This document shows, one piece after another, positions 19,371-29,659 of a stretch of 64,000 nt of DNA. Location of the stretch: the IMG/VR virus record IMGVR_UViG_3300002835_000007, positions 141,932 through 205,931 of that record; one strand, given 5' to 3'. Under the pieces are notes generated by a model that did not search any database, had not been told where the DNA came from, and saw nothing but the letters and a program-made list of their open reading frames with translations. How positions within the stretch are numbered: the stretch's first letter is position 1; every line of letters begins with the position of its first letter. Made by a program: the position numbers and the translations under genes.

Positions 19371-19691
19371 TTAATTTATATATTTATCATTATTTGCTGA
19401 TGGAGTTTTAACAACAACTGTAACAACATCAGTTATACATTTGAAATCGGTGGATTCATTTGGTTGAATGGTTATAATATCATCTTTTACATATTTTACT
19501 CCATTCATTTCAACTTCACCTTCAACAATTACAGTGATTTCAGTTGCTATTTTATGGTGGTGTTTTTCTTCATAATCACCAGTTTTGTATCTTTTAACAG
19601 CAACTTCAAAATCTTCAGTTGTGTTTAATGTTGGTTCAAAATTACCAACAAACCAACCTTTAAAAAATTCGTTTAAATTTGTTATTGTCAT
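19371..19691 (-). CDS. cupin
   Basis: KGWFVGNF, HHHKIATEITVIVEG. Confidence 0.85.
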   Translation of the reverse strand: MTITNLNEFFKGWFVGNFEPTLNTTEDFEVAVKRYKTGDYEEKHHHKIATEITVIVEGEVEMNGVKYVKDDIITIQPNESTDFKCITDVVTVVVKTPSANNDKYIN

Positions 19692-19692
19692 T

Positions 19693-20400
19693 TTAATAAG
19701 TTAATAAAACACCAGTATCTTGAACCATGGTTCTGTTAGCATCGTTCCATTCTTCAAAATCCCATTTGTTTGTTGTCATATCATCATAAAAACGTCTAAC
19801 TTCTTTTAATCTAATATCCCAAATATTATCAATAACAATTAACGTTTCTTTATGTGAAAACTTTAATGCATGTTCCCAGTCTTTTTTAGCACCTTCATAT
19901 GAATGGTCGCCATCAATAAAGATTAAATCGTAACCACCTTCTGGTGCTATACTTTCTAAGATATTATGGTTCATTTCAAACAATTCTTCGTTGGTGTGGT
20001 TTAAAAAATCTTTAAAAACAATACCTTCATCTGTCAATTTCCATTCGTCATAATCAGTCTTATATGGATACCAGTACATTGGTTTGATTCGGCTAGGTAA
20101 ATGTGTAGTTACACCCATACCATCATATCCACCTTTTTTGATATCAAAAGTATGTATTATACCTTCATTTGGGGTTAAATACGTATCCATACCGTTAGAC
20201 ATCGATATAGTACTATCGTAATGGTATGAACCAATTTCTAATATGCTATTAGGTTTTACCATTCTTACTAATGTGTTTAAACATGCTCTACAATGTGTTG
20301 CACATCCAGCATATTTTGTACCTTGAAGGATACCATTTTCTGGTCCTTTATCAATGTAGTAATCTTTAAAATTTTCTTTAATAAATTCTATTTTATTCAT
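19693..20400 (-). CDS. class I SAM methyltransferase (Methyltransf_24-like)
   Basis: Probable start MNKIEF at 20400; ILEIGS, LIFIDGDHSYEG, IDN. Confidence 0.85.
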   Translation of the reverse strand: MNKIEFIKENFKDYYIDKGPENGILQGTKYAGCATHCRACLNTLVRMVKPNSILEIGSYHYDSTISMSNGMDTYLTPNEGIIHTFDIKKGGYDGMGVTTHLPSRIKPMYWYPYKTDYDEWKLTDEGIVFKDFLNHTNEELFEMNHNILESIAPEGGYDLIFIDGDHSYEGAKKDWEHALKFSHKETLIVIDNIWDIRLKEVRRFYDDMTTNKWDFEEWNDANRTMVQDTGVLLTY

Positions 20401-20414
20401 GTTTTTATTTTTAT

Positions 20415-21302
20415 TTAGTCCCAATGAAATGTACCGATACAAACATTTGAGTTAGTTATTATATTATTTTTAATTTCTTCACTTGTCCAATGTAATCTAA
20501 TTATTTTTTCATTTAATTCATGTAAAATATTAATATAGTTTAAAACATTGTCAGAATTTATGGTTGTTATTATGTATTCATAATTGTGGTTTTCTTTATC
20601 AAGTAACTCGCTAAATTTAATTTCTTTATCAATCAAAGTATCAATATTTACAAATTCTTTTAAATTATTAATTAACAAAAAAGTACAATATAATTGATAC
20701 TCAAAAAATATTTTATTATTTAGAAATAATGTTATATTTTTTGAATACTTTTGTTTTAAAAAAGTTATTAAACTTTCAACATGATTACGTTCAAAAAACC
20801 AATAACTTTTTAAAAAGAACCATTTATTGTTTTCAGTTAAATCAAAAATATCGTTGCATGTTGATGTAACATTTCGTTGTAAATCATAATGTATTTTATC
20901 AGAATATATTATTGGTTTATTTTTTAAATCATTAAAAATGTCTTCAAAATAAAATTCTTTTAAACATAAGTTTTCGCTATCAAACACTATATAGTCAGTG
21001 TCAACACATGTGTATGCAAATAATTTTTTAATTGACTGTAATGGGTATTTTGTATTGAAGAAACTTTGGTCGTCATTGTAGTACTCACCATCAACATTAA
21101 ACATTAATTCTTTTAGAGTTACTATTCTAACATTTAAATGTCTGTATTGATTAACCAACCCACTAAATAAATCTAGTTCATTAGAAGCAACAATAAAATT
21201 AATGGTAACTTTATTTTTATCTAAACAAAATTCATTAAACGAATTTAAAAAATTAACATTGTAATTATAATGTTTATTATATGTTGGAATTACTATATTC
21301 AT
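20415..21302 (-). CDS. putative glycosyltransferase (GT-A-like)
   Basis: IVIPTY, QSIKKL, YIVFDSE, FFEY. Confidence 0.6.
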   Translation of the reverse strand: MNIVIPTYNKHYNYNVNFLNSFNEFCLDKNKVTINFIVASNELDLFSGLVNQYRHLNVRIVTLKELMFNVDGEYYNDDQSFFNTKYPLQSIKKLFAYTCVDTDYIVFDSENLCLKEFYFEDIFNDLKNKPIIYSDKIHYDLQRNVTSTCNDIFDLTENNKWFFLKSYWFFERNHVESLITFLKQKYSKNITLFLNNKIFFEYQLYCTFLLINNLKEFVNIDTLIDKEIKFSELLDKENHNYEYIITTINSDNVLNYINILHELNEKIIRLHWTSEEIKNNIITNSNVCIGTFHWD

Positions 21303-21303
21303 G

Positions 21304-22677
21304 TTAAGATGTAAAGTTTTCTAAATAAGTTTTTAAATCTTCTGGAGTTCCTAAACCCCACATTTTATTAATATTATATGGTTTAAATTTAAACCCATCT
21401 AAAATTGCTTCATTGTAAACTGGTGCAACATAAAATTCATTATTAACTCTAACATTTTTTTCAATCATTTGTTCAGCGTATTTAACATAATCTGAACCTT
21501 TATTCCAATAATAAATCCCAACCGTTGCAATGTCGCTTATAGGTTTCTTTTCGGCAATCTCAGTGATGAAACCATTTTCATCTAATTTAGCAAAAGACCA
21601 TTTAGGGTGTGTCGCTTTAAACGTTAACATACCACCATCTAAGTTGTCATTTGTCATTGAATAATAAAAGCTATTGCTATCCCATTCAACAAATTGGTCA
21701 GAATTAGCGATTAATAAATGTTTATCGTTATTAATAAATTCTTTAGCTAATAACGTTGTGCATGCAGCACCTTCAGTTACACCATCAACTTGTACTATTT
21801 CACAATTAGGTGTAATCAAATTTAACAAATATTTTAAGTTGTATTTTTCGTAATGTTCTTTTTGAACAATATAAATAAAATTAGCTTTAATATTAAGGTT
21901 TTCCACAACTACTTGAATCATTGGTTTGTGGTCAACTTCAATCAATGGTTTAGGGAATGTATAACCAGCAGAACTAAATCTAGAACCAGCACCAGCCATA
22001 GGTATTAAGATGTTGAAATCATCAGACTCCCATTTATTATTGATTTTAGAGACTTCTGTAACGTTTTTAACCAAATTTGATATCTTACTATATGTGACAT
22101 CATTTGGTGTTTCTACAGCACATAAAAAGGCCCCAGAATCAATTGCTGCTTGTCTTCCATGGAAACTATCTTCAACAACTATTGTTTCATTTGGTTTAAC
22201 ACCAGCGTGAACCATAGCTTTTAAATAAATCTCTGGGTGTGGTTTTGAAGTTTTAACATCTTCATTACCAAAATAATGGTCTACATATTCAATAAGACCA
22301 GTTTTATATAACATCAATTTAATTGATTCTCGTATTGAATTTGAAGCAACGTATACTTTGTACCCATCTGTTTTAAGTTTTCTTAAAACATTTTTTAATT
22401 CCATTGATTCAGTCAACGTTTCTTTAATCACGTCAGATGTCATTTTTTGTTTCATTTCCCAAACATACTTATGTTGAGATTCTGGTAGACCTTTTTCCTT
22501 TGTTAATAAATCTAACTTAACGTTAGTTGGTAGTCCATCGTATTTATTCAAATGTTCATCTCTAGTGATGATAAATTTTTTGTCAACTAATTCAATAGCT
22601 TTATTTAAAGATTCATAGTGTATTTCTTTTGCGTCAACTAAAACACCATCTAAATCAAATATAATTAATTTAACCAT
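21304..22677 (-). CDS. HAD phosphatase fused to nucleotidyltransferase (BcbE/GT2_BcE-like C-terminal domain)
   Basis: FDLDGVL, KPHPEIY, EDS; ILIPMAGAGSRF..PKPLI, GAACT, NSDQ, EFYVAP, GLGTPEDL. Confidence 0.88.
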   Translation of the reverse strand: MVKLIIFDLDGVLVDAKEIHYESLNKAIELVDKKFIITRDEHLNKYDGLPTNVKLDLLTKEKGLPESQHKYVWEMKQKMTSDVIKETLTESMELKNVLRKLKTDGYKVYVASNSIRESIKLMLYKTGLIEYVDHYFGNEDVKTSKPHPEIYLKAMVHAGVKPNETIVVEDSFHGRQAAIDSGAFLCAVETPNDVTYSKISNLVKNVTEVSKINNKWESDDFNILIPMAGAGSRFSSAGYTFPKPLIEVDHKPMIQVVVENLNIKANFIYIVQKEHYEKYNLKYLLNLITPNCEIVQVDGVTEGAACTTLLAKEFINNDKHLLIANSDQFVEWDSNSFYYSMTNDNLDGGMLTFKATHPKWSFAKLDENGFITEIAEKKPISDIATVGIYYWNKGSDYVKYAEQMIEKNVRVNNEFYVAPVYNEAILDGFKFKPYNINKMWGLGTPEDLKTYLENFTS

Positions 22678-23360
22678 AATTTTTTATCATTTAATATTTC
22701 TATTTTATCATTGCTAGTTTCGTCAAAAACTTTGTCCTTGCTTGGTTTGATTATTTGAACGCTAGAATTTGGATTCATGTTAAAGTCATATTTAAGTCTT
22801 ACTTGTTTTGACCATAAAACATCTTCACCTTGTCCCCATATTAAATTTTCATCTAATGGGTATTCTAACATAACTTCTTTTTTAGCAATCCAATAAGCAC
22901 CAGAAATATACATATATTTTGATAAATGTGTAATATCATAAGGTATTAAACATTCTCGTTGAATAAAATTATCCATTTTATTATCATTATGTGGCCAAAT
23001 ACACCAATCTCTGAACCTTTCACCATTTAAGTTAATGATTCTATCCATTCTAATTTTGAAGTCATTGCCAGCGATTAATTGACCTTCATACCAACCTTCA
23101 TTTAATCTAATGTAATCGTGAAAATATACAACATTTTCATATTTAGCCTCACGTGTGATTAGATTTTTTTTTGCTGTTATCCACATTGGTTTTATGTTTT
23201 CATTAAAAACAATAACCCTTGTATTTTTTCTATTGATTGTTGAGTGACCTATGATGATTATTTCATAGTTAGGTATGTTTTCTTTTTCTATTGAATTGAT
23301 AATGTCATTTAACATACCATCATTATCTCCGCCAGTTACTATACCAAAAGTAAAATCCAT
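22665..23360 (-). CDS. glycosyltransferase family 2-like
   Basis: FTFGIVT, KKN, YFHDYI, GEDVLWS. Confidence 0.75.
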   Translation of the reverse strand: MDFTFGIVTGGDNDGMLNDIINSIEKENIPNYEIIIIGHSTINRKNTRVIVFNENIKPMWITAKKNLITREAKYENVVYFHDYIRLNEGWYEGQLIAGNDFKIRMDRIINLNGERFRDWCIWPHNDNKMDNFIQRECLIPYDITHLSKYMYISGAYWIAKKEVMLEYPLDENLIWGQGEDVLWSKQVRLKYDFNMNPNSSVQIIKPSKDKVFDETSNDKIEILNDKKLWLN

Positions 23361-24211
23361 TATTTAAAAATTTTAGTGTTCTTATATATCCAATCTTCTG
23401 CAATTAAAAATTCTTTTGCTTTTTCAAAGTTTTCTGTAATTGCTGGAAGCATATTGTTGTATTGTTCTAAAGATAATAAATTTAATTTTGAAAGTAAATC
23501 TTCTACATCATTAAAAATAATCATCCCATCTAAATTAAAAAAATCACCTATAGATGGACAACCCCAATAAATTGGGACGGTGCCAGTAACAAAACTATCC
23601 ATTAATTTTTCGGTAAAATAGTAATCTGAACGACTATTTTCAATTATCAAAGAAAACGCATAATCTTTTAATGATTCTAACTTATAATCAATTGGGTTAT
23701 AACCTCTACCATACGCATCTAATCCAATATTATTTGCTCTTAAAACATCTATCGATGCATGTCTTAATCTATGACCTTCAGTTTGTCGTTTGTCTGATGC
23801 AATTATTGATAGTAATTTTGTTTTATCATAAATGCTTTGGTCTTCTTCTTTTATCCAGCAGCCACAATGTGGGTAAAACAATGCGTTTGAACAGCTATCT
23901 AATAAGTTTTTGTCATAGGTCAACACATTTTTAAAGTGACCATGATTAGAACTAACCCATTCATAAATCGCTGGGTTTATCGCTCTAGGTTCCATTAACA
24001 TACCTATTTTGTTATTGTTAACTATATTGACACTATTGTTTAAAGAGTTATCTGTAATAAACAAAATTTCTTCTTGACTGATGTTTCTACTTCTATCCCA
24101 ATTAATAAATTTAGAAATTTGATAATCGGTTGTGTATTTTGCGTGTGCAAAATTTATATCTATTATTTTTACGTTATTTAAACACATATTTAAGTTCTTT
24201 ATGTGGGCCAT
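23360..24211 (-). CDS. glycosyltransferase family 10 (fucosyltransferase-like)
   Basis: YAFSLIIENS..DYYFTEKLMD..GTVPIYWG GT10 signature. Confidence 0.85.
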   Translation of the reverse strand: MAHIKNLNMCLNNVKIIDINFAHAKYTTDYQISKFINWDRSRNISQEEILFITDNSLNNSVNIVNNNKIGMLMEPRAINPAIYEWVSSNHGHFKNVLTYDKNLLDSCSNALFYPHCGCWIKEEDQSIYDKTKLLSIIASDKRQTEGHRLRHASIDVLRANNIGLDAYGRGYNPIDYKLESLKDYAFSLIIENSRSDYYFTEKLMDSFVTGTVPIYWGCPSIGDFFNLDGMIIFNDVEDLLSKLNLLSLEQYNNMLPAITENFEKAKEFLIAEDWIYKNTKIFK

Positions 24212-24995
24212 TTATATCTGAAAACTCCATAGATATTAAATCAATTTCATCACCAGATAAAAATTTATCGTTTAATTCTTTTTCGCTTATACCAAATTGC
24301 AACCCGTGTCTATTATTGAATGTATCATTAACTAGATTAGCTGGTATACTAACTAACTTAGATTCAGTAAATGATTTAACAGTTTTTGGGATGGAATCAG
24401 TCACAACAAATCTTTGTAAAAAAGCTTCTAATGTGTTTGGGTTTCTAAAATCAATCTCAATCAACAAATCTTTTATAAAAGTTGTGTTAAAAATATGACC
24501 ATCTGTTGATAATGGATATTTAAAATCACCATTTTGCTGCTTAGTGTAATCAAATGTCATGTATTCACCATCAACTTCGTGTTCACCTAATTCATAATGC
24601 AAATCAGCTGGGTGTGAATAATTACAATTTTTACCTAATCGTAATGAAAAAATAACAAAATCTTCAACAACTGGTTTTATTATATCTATTTTTCTAGCTA
24701 AAATTTGGTTATAAACAACTGCGTCATCAACCATGAAAGTTGTTGCTTCGATTTCATCATCAATAAGTTTAAATAAATCTTTTCTAAAATTATTTTCATT
24801 AAAGAAATATATACTAGGATATTTTTCAAATAATTTTTGATACCCATATAAGTAATCTTCATTATCTGTTTTATACAAAACACTAATTTTGTCAAATAAA
24901 AGTGGAGCATTTGTTTTTAATGAATCTAACAAAAGATTCAATTGACATGCTCTATTTTTAGAAAAAATTATTAATTGATTTTTATAGTTTTTCAT
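24174..24995 (-). CDS. putative glycosyltransferase (GT-A-like)
   Basis: IIFSKNRACQL, FMVDD, SLRLG, YPLSTDG, NPN.LE. Confidence 0.7.
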   Translation of the reverse strand: MKNYKNQLIIFSKNRACQLNLLLDSLKTNAPLLFDKISVLYKTDNEDYLYGYQKLFEKYPSIYFFNENNFRKDLFKLIDDEIEATTFMVDDAVVYNQILARKIDIIKPVVEDFVIFSLRLGKNCNYSHPADLHYELGEHEVDGEYMTFDYTKQQNGDFKYPLSTDGHIFNTTFIKDLLIEIDFRNPNTLEAFLQRFVVTDSIPKTVKSFTESKLVSIPANLVNDTFNNRHGLQFGISEKELNDKFLSGDEIDLISMEFSDINGPHKELKYVFK

Positions 24996-25615
24996 TCGTT
25001 AAAAAAATTTGAATAATCTACGTTACGATTTTGTATATCACTAAACCCAGCTGTTTGTTTAGCCATGTTAGGATAAAAACCGTATGCGTTAAATCTGTTA
25101 TGTAATTCAGCATAATATGCGTCAACTTGTTTTTTTCTTTTAGTTAACACAGACTCTATAATTTCAAACATGCTGCTGTTAATTGCAACACATTGTAATG
25201 CAACAGTAAAGTTTAACTTGATAACTTTATCATTAATTAGATGTGGTGGTTGGCCATAGACATGGTTGCCTCCAAAATAAATGAAATCCCAATCAGATGG
25301 CACATTATTAATATATTCATCTAATTTTAAAATTTCATCCGTAAAATAAACATCATCTTCTAAAATAAGCACATTTTTAACGTTCTCTTCTTTACATTTT
25401 TTTATTATCTGAAGATGTGATTCTAATACACCTAATTCACCAGCTAATAAAGGTATTTCATTAGACATGATAGTTGTTCCATCAATAGCTGAAAAGCGTT
25501 CAACCTCTTCAATACCATATTTTTCTAATTCTTTTTTAAAAGAATCAAATCTATCTGGTCTTCTATCTAAATTAATCACATATACCTTATCAAAATATTT
25601 CTTAAAATCTATCAT
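24992..25615 (-). CDS. glycosyltransferase family 25
   Basis: YVINLDRRPDR, FSAIDG, GVLESH, LILEDD. Confidence 0.9.
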   Translation of the reverse strand: MIDFKKYFDKVYVINLDRRPDRFDSFKKELEKYGIEEVERFSAIDGTTIMSNEIPLLAGELGVLESHLQIIKKCKEENVKNVLILEDDVYFTDEILKLDEYINNVPSDWDFIYFGGNHVYGQPPHLINDKVIKLNFTVALQCVAINSSMFEIIESVLTKRKKQVDAYYAELHNRFNAYGFYPNMAKQTAGFSDIQNRNVDYSNFFNE

Positions 25616-26568
25616 TTTTTGGCTTTTTGTTCATATTTTTTATCAAGTTCTTTTACTCTATATGCGTCAAGAATATCGTTACCGTCTGTTTTAATTTTAG
25701 CGTTGAACTTGATTACGTAATAACCATTGTATTCAACTATTTTGTCATAAGAAATATTGTCATATTCATATTCTAAATAATCATCTGTACCTAATGTTTT
25801 ATATGTGATAAAATTAATTTCATTAAAGTCTAACATTGTTGAATTGATGCCATCATTCATGATTTTTTTAACTTCACTAATAAACAAACGACTAGTTCTA
25901 TTGTATTCATCTGGATATTTACTTACATAAAATTCTAATAATTTATTAGTTTTATCTATTGTTCTAACATTCATTTTTAACGTAAAGTTTTCTAAATAAA
26001 AGTTAGGTAAATTTTCTCTGATGATTATTATAGGACGTTCAGATTTATTTGTAGCAAAATAATTAATAGACTCAATAATACCATGTGTTGCAACTAAGTC
26101 ACCATTTTCATTTGTTGATTGAATAACTTCATCGAATAAAGATATATTATCGTTATTCATTGCTTGGTTACTACCTATTACAATTTCTGAGTTATCAACA
26201 ACCATTTCTAATTTATAATCATCAGATGGGTCTAATTTAACTTTTTTAAGTCCTAGTTTTTTATTAACTTTTTTAGTTTTAACAATAGGCATCCCATCTT
26301 CGTCATACCCTACAATTTCAGCAGTAACACCTTCACTTTCTTTTAGTATTTTATATGTTCTCCATCTAAGGTTCATAACTTCTTGAGTTATCTCACCTTG
26401 TTTTAATGAGTCAGCCAATTGACCTTGGGTATTTCGTTGGGTTTGATTTACATCTGAACCCAACGTTTCGCCTTGCTGCCCTAAAGCATTTTTTTCAACA
26501 TTACTCATAGCTAATGTTAACATAGCCATTCGTCTGTTAAACCATTGTTTTAATTTATTAAAAACCAT
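25612..26568 (-). CDS. hypothetical protein
   Basis: 318-aa ORF with no recognised motif. Confidence 0.7.
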   Translation of the reverse strand: MVFNKLKQWFNRRMAMLTLAMSNVEKNALGQQGETLGSDVNQTQRNTQGQLADSLKQGEITQEVMNLRWRTYKILKESEGVTAEIVGYDEDGMPIVKTKKVNKKLGLKKVKLDPSDDYKLEMVVDNSEIVIGSNQAMNNDNISLFDEVIQSTNENGDLVATHGIIESINYFATNKSERPIIIIRENLPNFYLENFTLKMNVRTIDKTNKLLEFYVSKYPDEYNRTSRLFISEVKKIMNDGINSTMLDFNEINFITYKTLGTDDYLEYEYDNISYDKIVEYNGYYVIKFNAKIKTDGNDILDAYRVKELDKKYEQKAKK

Positions 26569-26569
26569 A

Positions 26570-28219
26570 TTAATCTAAAATTAATTCGTATTGTTGTTTA
26601 ATTTCTTTAACAACATTATCACTTTTAAATTTATCGATATCTTCTGGAATGTCATGTAAATTTTTACTTAAAATATTACCAGATGAATCAACATCATATA
26701 TCCAACCTTTTTTACCACACATCCATCCTTCGATAGTTGTTCTACCTAATAAGATACCAGCTGTTTCATCACATTTATGAATATATTGCTCAACATTTGA
26801 TGTTGGACCATGATATTTAACATGTGGTTCGTTTTCAATCATACTAGGTAAGTAATTATCGTTTTCTTTACCAACAAGCCATAATTCTTGATTGTTTTCT
26901 TTGGTAGTGTTAATAAGGTCTTGAATAGTTTGTTTTCTAAGATAATCAATAGTACCAACAAATAAAATTCTTTTCTTATCTCTCTTTTCAGTTGATTTAA
27001 TTGGTTTAAACTTTTCTTCGTTTATAGGATTATAAATAACTTCAACTTTATCAGTTTCGATATTAAAATTCTTAACAATATGTTCTTTAATTTCTGGTCT
27101 TATCGCAATGTATTTTTTAATTTGTGGAGATAACACTGGTTCCTCTAAATTAATCACTTCAGAGTGAATAGAACAAATAACTGGAGTCTCTGGATATAAT
27201 CTAAGTAAATGCTCAGTAACTGGTTTATGGTTTAAATGGATTACATCAAATTCAATATTTGAAACTTTATACAAAGTATTTGGTTGAGAGGTAACATCAC
27301 CTTCTGGAGTTTTTAATAGCCATTTACCATCACCTAATTTAAAACCTGGCGGTTCTTGTAATGAATATAATTTGATACCTAATTGTTTTGCTGCTTTAGC
27401 CAAAGGTTCGCCAATACTTGAACACACACTTACGTTACAACCATCTTTAACCAACTTTTTAGCCAATTCAAAAACATATAATTCAGAACCAGTATAATTA
27501 GCAAAACTTAAACATCCAATAAGAACATCTAATTTCTCATTTTTTCTTAATTGTTTTTTAATATTAACTGGTAGTTTATCTTTAAATGCTTCAGCGAATT
27601 GTTGTCTATTAGACTCCCATTGTTCGTTTGTCATACCTATAGACAAGTGATTAACTCTAATAGATGTAATTACACCTACCTTAACACCTTTTAGATGATT
27701 CTCAAAACAAAATGTTACATCATAAAAGTGGAAACCTTCTACTGATTCATTAAACTTAATTTTCATTTTAGTTTTATCAACAGCAAAAAACAAACCGTCA
27801 ACAATAACAACTTCTTCAACTGATTGACCTAAATCTTCAGAGTAAGAAGATAACCATGATTTACCTTCATGTGTATGCTGTACTCTACCATACATTTTTT
27901 TAGATTTAACCCACCATTGGCCAGTCTCTGACATGTATTTAGTTCCAGCAACACCAATGATACCATATTCTGGATTCTTTTCAAACGTTTTTAATAATTT
28001 GTTACCCCATTGTTTAGTTTCAATAGTTAAATCATCATGACAAAAAACAACAATATCGTTTGTAGCCATTTTTAAGCCACGATTGTAAGCTTTTGTTAAC
28101 GATTCACCATTATTGATTATTTCTATCACCTCAATGTGTTTATGAAGCCCAGATGACTTTATAAGATGTTCTTTATGTTCTGGATTTGATTGTCTGGTAC
28201 AATATACTACTGTAATCAT
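26570..28219 (-). CDS. bifunctional glycosyltransferase (GT2-like N-terminus, GT4-like C-terminus)
   Basis: AYN.G, FCHDD, DGLF, FHFYD; TGSELY, ILFVG, GRTTIEG. Confidence 0.85.
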   Translation of the reverse strand: MITVVYCTRQSNPEHKEHLIKSSGLHKHIEVIEIINNGESLTKAYNRGLKMATNDIVVFCHDDLTIETKQWGNKLLKTFEKNPEYGIIGVAGTKYMSETGQWWVKSKKMYGRVQHTHEGKSWLSSYSEDLGQSVEEVVIVDGLFFAVDKTKMKIKFNESVEGFHFYDVTFCFENHLKGVKVGVITSIRVNHLSIGMTNEQWESNRQQFAEAFKDKLPVNIKKQLRKNEKLDVLIGCLSFANYTGSELYVFELAKKLVKDGCNVSVCSSIGEPLAKAAKQLGIKLYSLQEPPGFKLGDGKWLLKTPEGDVTSQPNTLYKVSNIEFDVIHLNHKPVTEHLLRLYPETPVICSIHSEVINLEEPVLSPQIKKYIAIRPEIKEHIVKNFNIETDKVEVIYNPINEEKFKPIKSTEKRDKKRILFVGTIDYLRKQTIQDLINTTKENNQELWLVGKENDNYLPSMIENEPHVKYHGPTSNVEQYIHKCDETAGILLGRTTIEGWMCGKKGWIYDVDSSGNILSKNLHDIPEDIDKFKSDNVVKEIKQQYELILD

Positions 28220-28476
28220 TTTCTAGTTAAATTATATTTTGTTATGAAATCTTCATAACTTATTTTTTCGATAGTATTATCACTAAACCCTACGTTTGGT
28301 GAAAATAGAACAAAACCCTCAGTAGATAAATCTATTGAAGGTTCTAATGCGTCTACTGCTGGTCTTTCATATTTCCAATGATTTTCATCATCAGAAATAT
28401 TTATAAATCTTCCATTGAAGATACCAGCTGTTTTAGCATGTTCTTTTAATGTTTCTATAAATTCTGCTCTAATCAT
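28216..28476 (-). CDS. hypothetical protein
   Basis: 86 aa with ATGA overlaps on both sides. Confidence 0.6.
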   Translation of the reverse strand: MIRAEFIETLKEHAKTAGIFNGRFINISDDENHWKYERPAVDALEPSIDLSTEGFVLFSPNVGFSDNTIEKISYEDFITKYNLTRK

Positions 28477-29063
28477 TTTACACCAGTTGAACCGAAACCA
28501 CCAGAACCACGTTCTGTGTTTTCGTCTATGTTATCTACTTTATTTAAATTAATAAAGTTTTTGCCGATTACAGAAGCAATAACTGCTTGTGCAATTCTAT
28601 CACCATGACTAATAGTAAAAGCTTCATCGCCATGGTTGATTAAAATAACTTTAACTTCGCCACGATAGTCAGCATCCACAGTTCCAGGTGAGTTCAAAAC
28701 AGTTACACCATTTTTAGCAGCCAAACCACTTCTAGGTCTAACTTGAATTTCAAAATTCTCTGGAATTTCAAAATATAAACCAGTAGGGATAATTCTAACA
28801 CCATGTGAAGGTATAGTAATCGGTGAATCTAAATTAGCTCTTAAATCAAAACCAGATGAACCAGAAGTTGCATATTCTGGGTCTTGGTTATTTGATTCGT
28901 TTTTAAAATTAAATTTAATTTTATGAGCATCATAATTAATACTAAATTTATCAGCGTTAAATTCGTTATCAAAATCTTCTTGCGTGTAACCACTATCTGG
29001 GTCAGCAATTAACAAGATTTTGTTTCTCATGTCTGCTATTAAGTCTTCGTTATCTAAACTCAT
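28473..29063 (-). CDS. dut: trimeric dUTPase with N-terminal extension
   Basis: SGFDL, RPRSGLA, GTVDADYRGE, RIAQ, RGSGGFGSTG; probable start MSLDN at 29063. Confidence 0.95.
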   Translation of the reverse strand: MSLDNEDLIADMRNKILLIADPDSGYTQEDFDNEFNADKFSINYDAHKIKFNFKNESNNQDPEYATSGSSGFDLRANLDSPITIPSHGVRIIPTGLYFEIPENFEIQVRPRSGLAAKNGVTVLNSPGTVDADYRGEVKVILINHGDEAFTISHGDRIAQAVIASVIGKNFINLNKVDNIDENTERGSGGFGSTGVK

Positions 29064-29064
29064 A

Positions 29065-29628
29065 TTACTTTTTAGTTTTTTCATTTTTAACAGCAAACAA
29101 TACAGCTGTTTTTAATAAATCACCTAACATTGAGTTATGATACTCAACCATTTTATCATCACTTTTATCTAAATTAATGATTGCGGTGTATTCTTGTTCA
29201 GTTAACTGGATACCGTGTGACATAGTATAATAAACACTTCTTTCACCCACTCTCATAGATGTTAAGTCTTCATTAAATTCGTACATTTTTCCTTGGTTTT
29301 TTCTGTGCCATTCTGAATCACATGGCTTGTAAAGATTTGCTTTACCAATTTGGTGAAGAAGACAAACTTTCAATAATGAGTTTTGGTCAACTTTTTCTTC
29401 TTCTGGTAATGCGTTATTGAATTTTACAGCGTAAGACCCTACTCTAAGAAGGTGGTCGATTAAACCACCTTCAAAAGCATTGTGTAGGTCTGCCATTGTT
29501 GACGCTGGAGCTTTAATAAAAGACTCCCCTAAGAATTTCATGAATTCATCATTCATGAAACCTAATTTTGTTGCAGTGTCAAAATATTTTTTTGTGTTAG
29601 CAACAATTTTTTCTTGTGTTAATGACAT
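29065..29628 (-). CDS. HD-domain-like protein (HD replaced by HQ)
   Basis: PAS..HNAFEGGLIDH, LLHQIGK, AI..H-equivalent region. Confidence 0.75.
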   Translation of the reverse strand: MSLTQEKIVANTKKYFDTATKLGFMNDEFMKFLGESFIKAPASTMADLHNAFEGGLIDHLLRVGSYAVKFNNALPEEEKVDQNSLLKVCLLHQIGKANLYKPCDSEWHRKNQGKMYEFNEDLTSMRVGERSVYYTMSHGIQLTEQEYTAIINLDKSDDKMVEYHNSMLGDLLKTAVLFAVKNEKTKK

Positions 29629-29659
29629 ATTATTTTATTTTATTAGTTTTATATTTACT

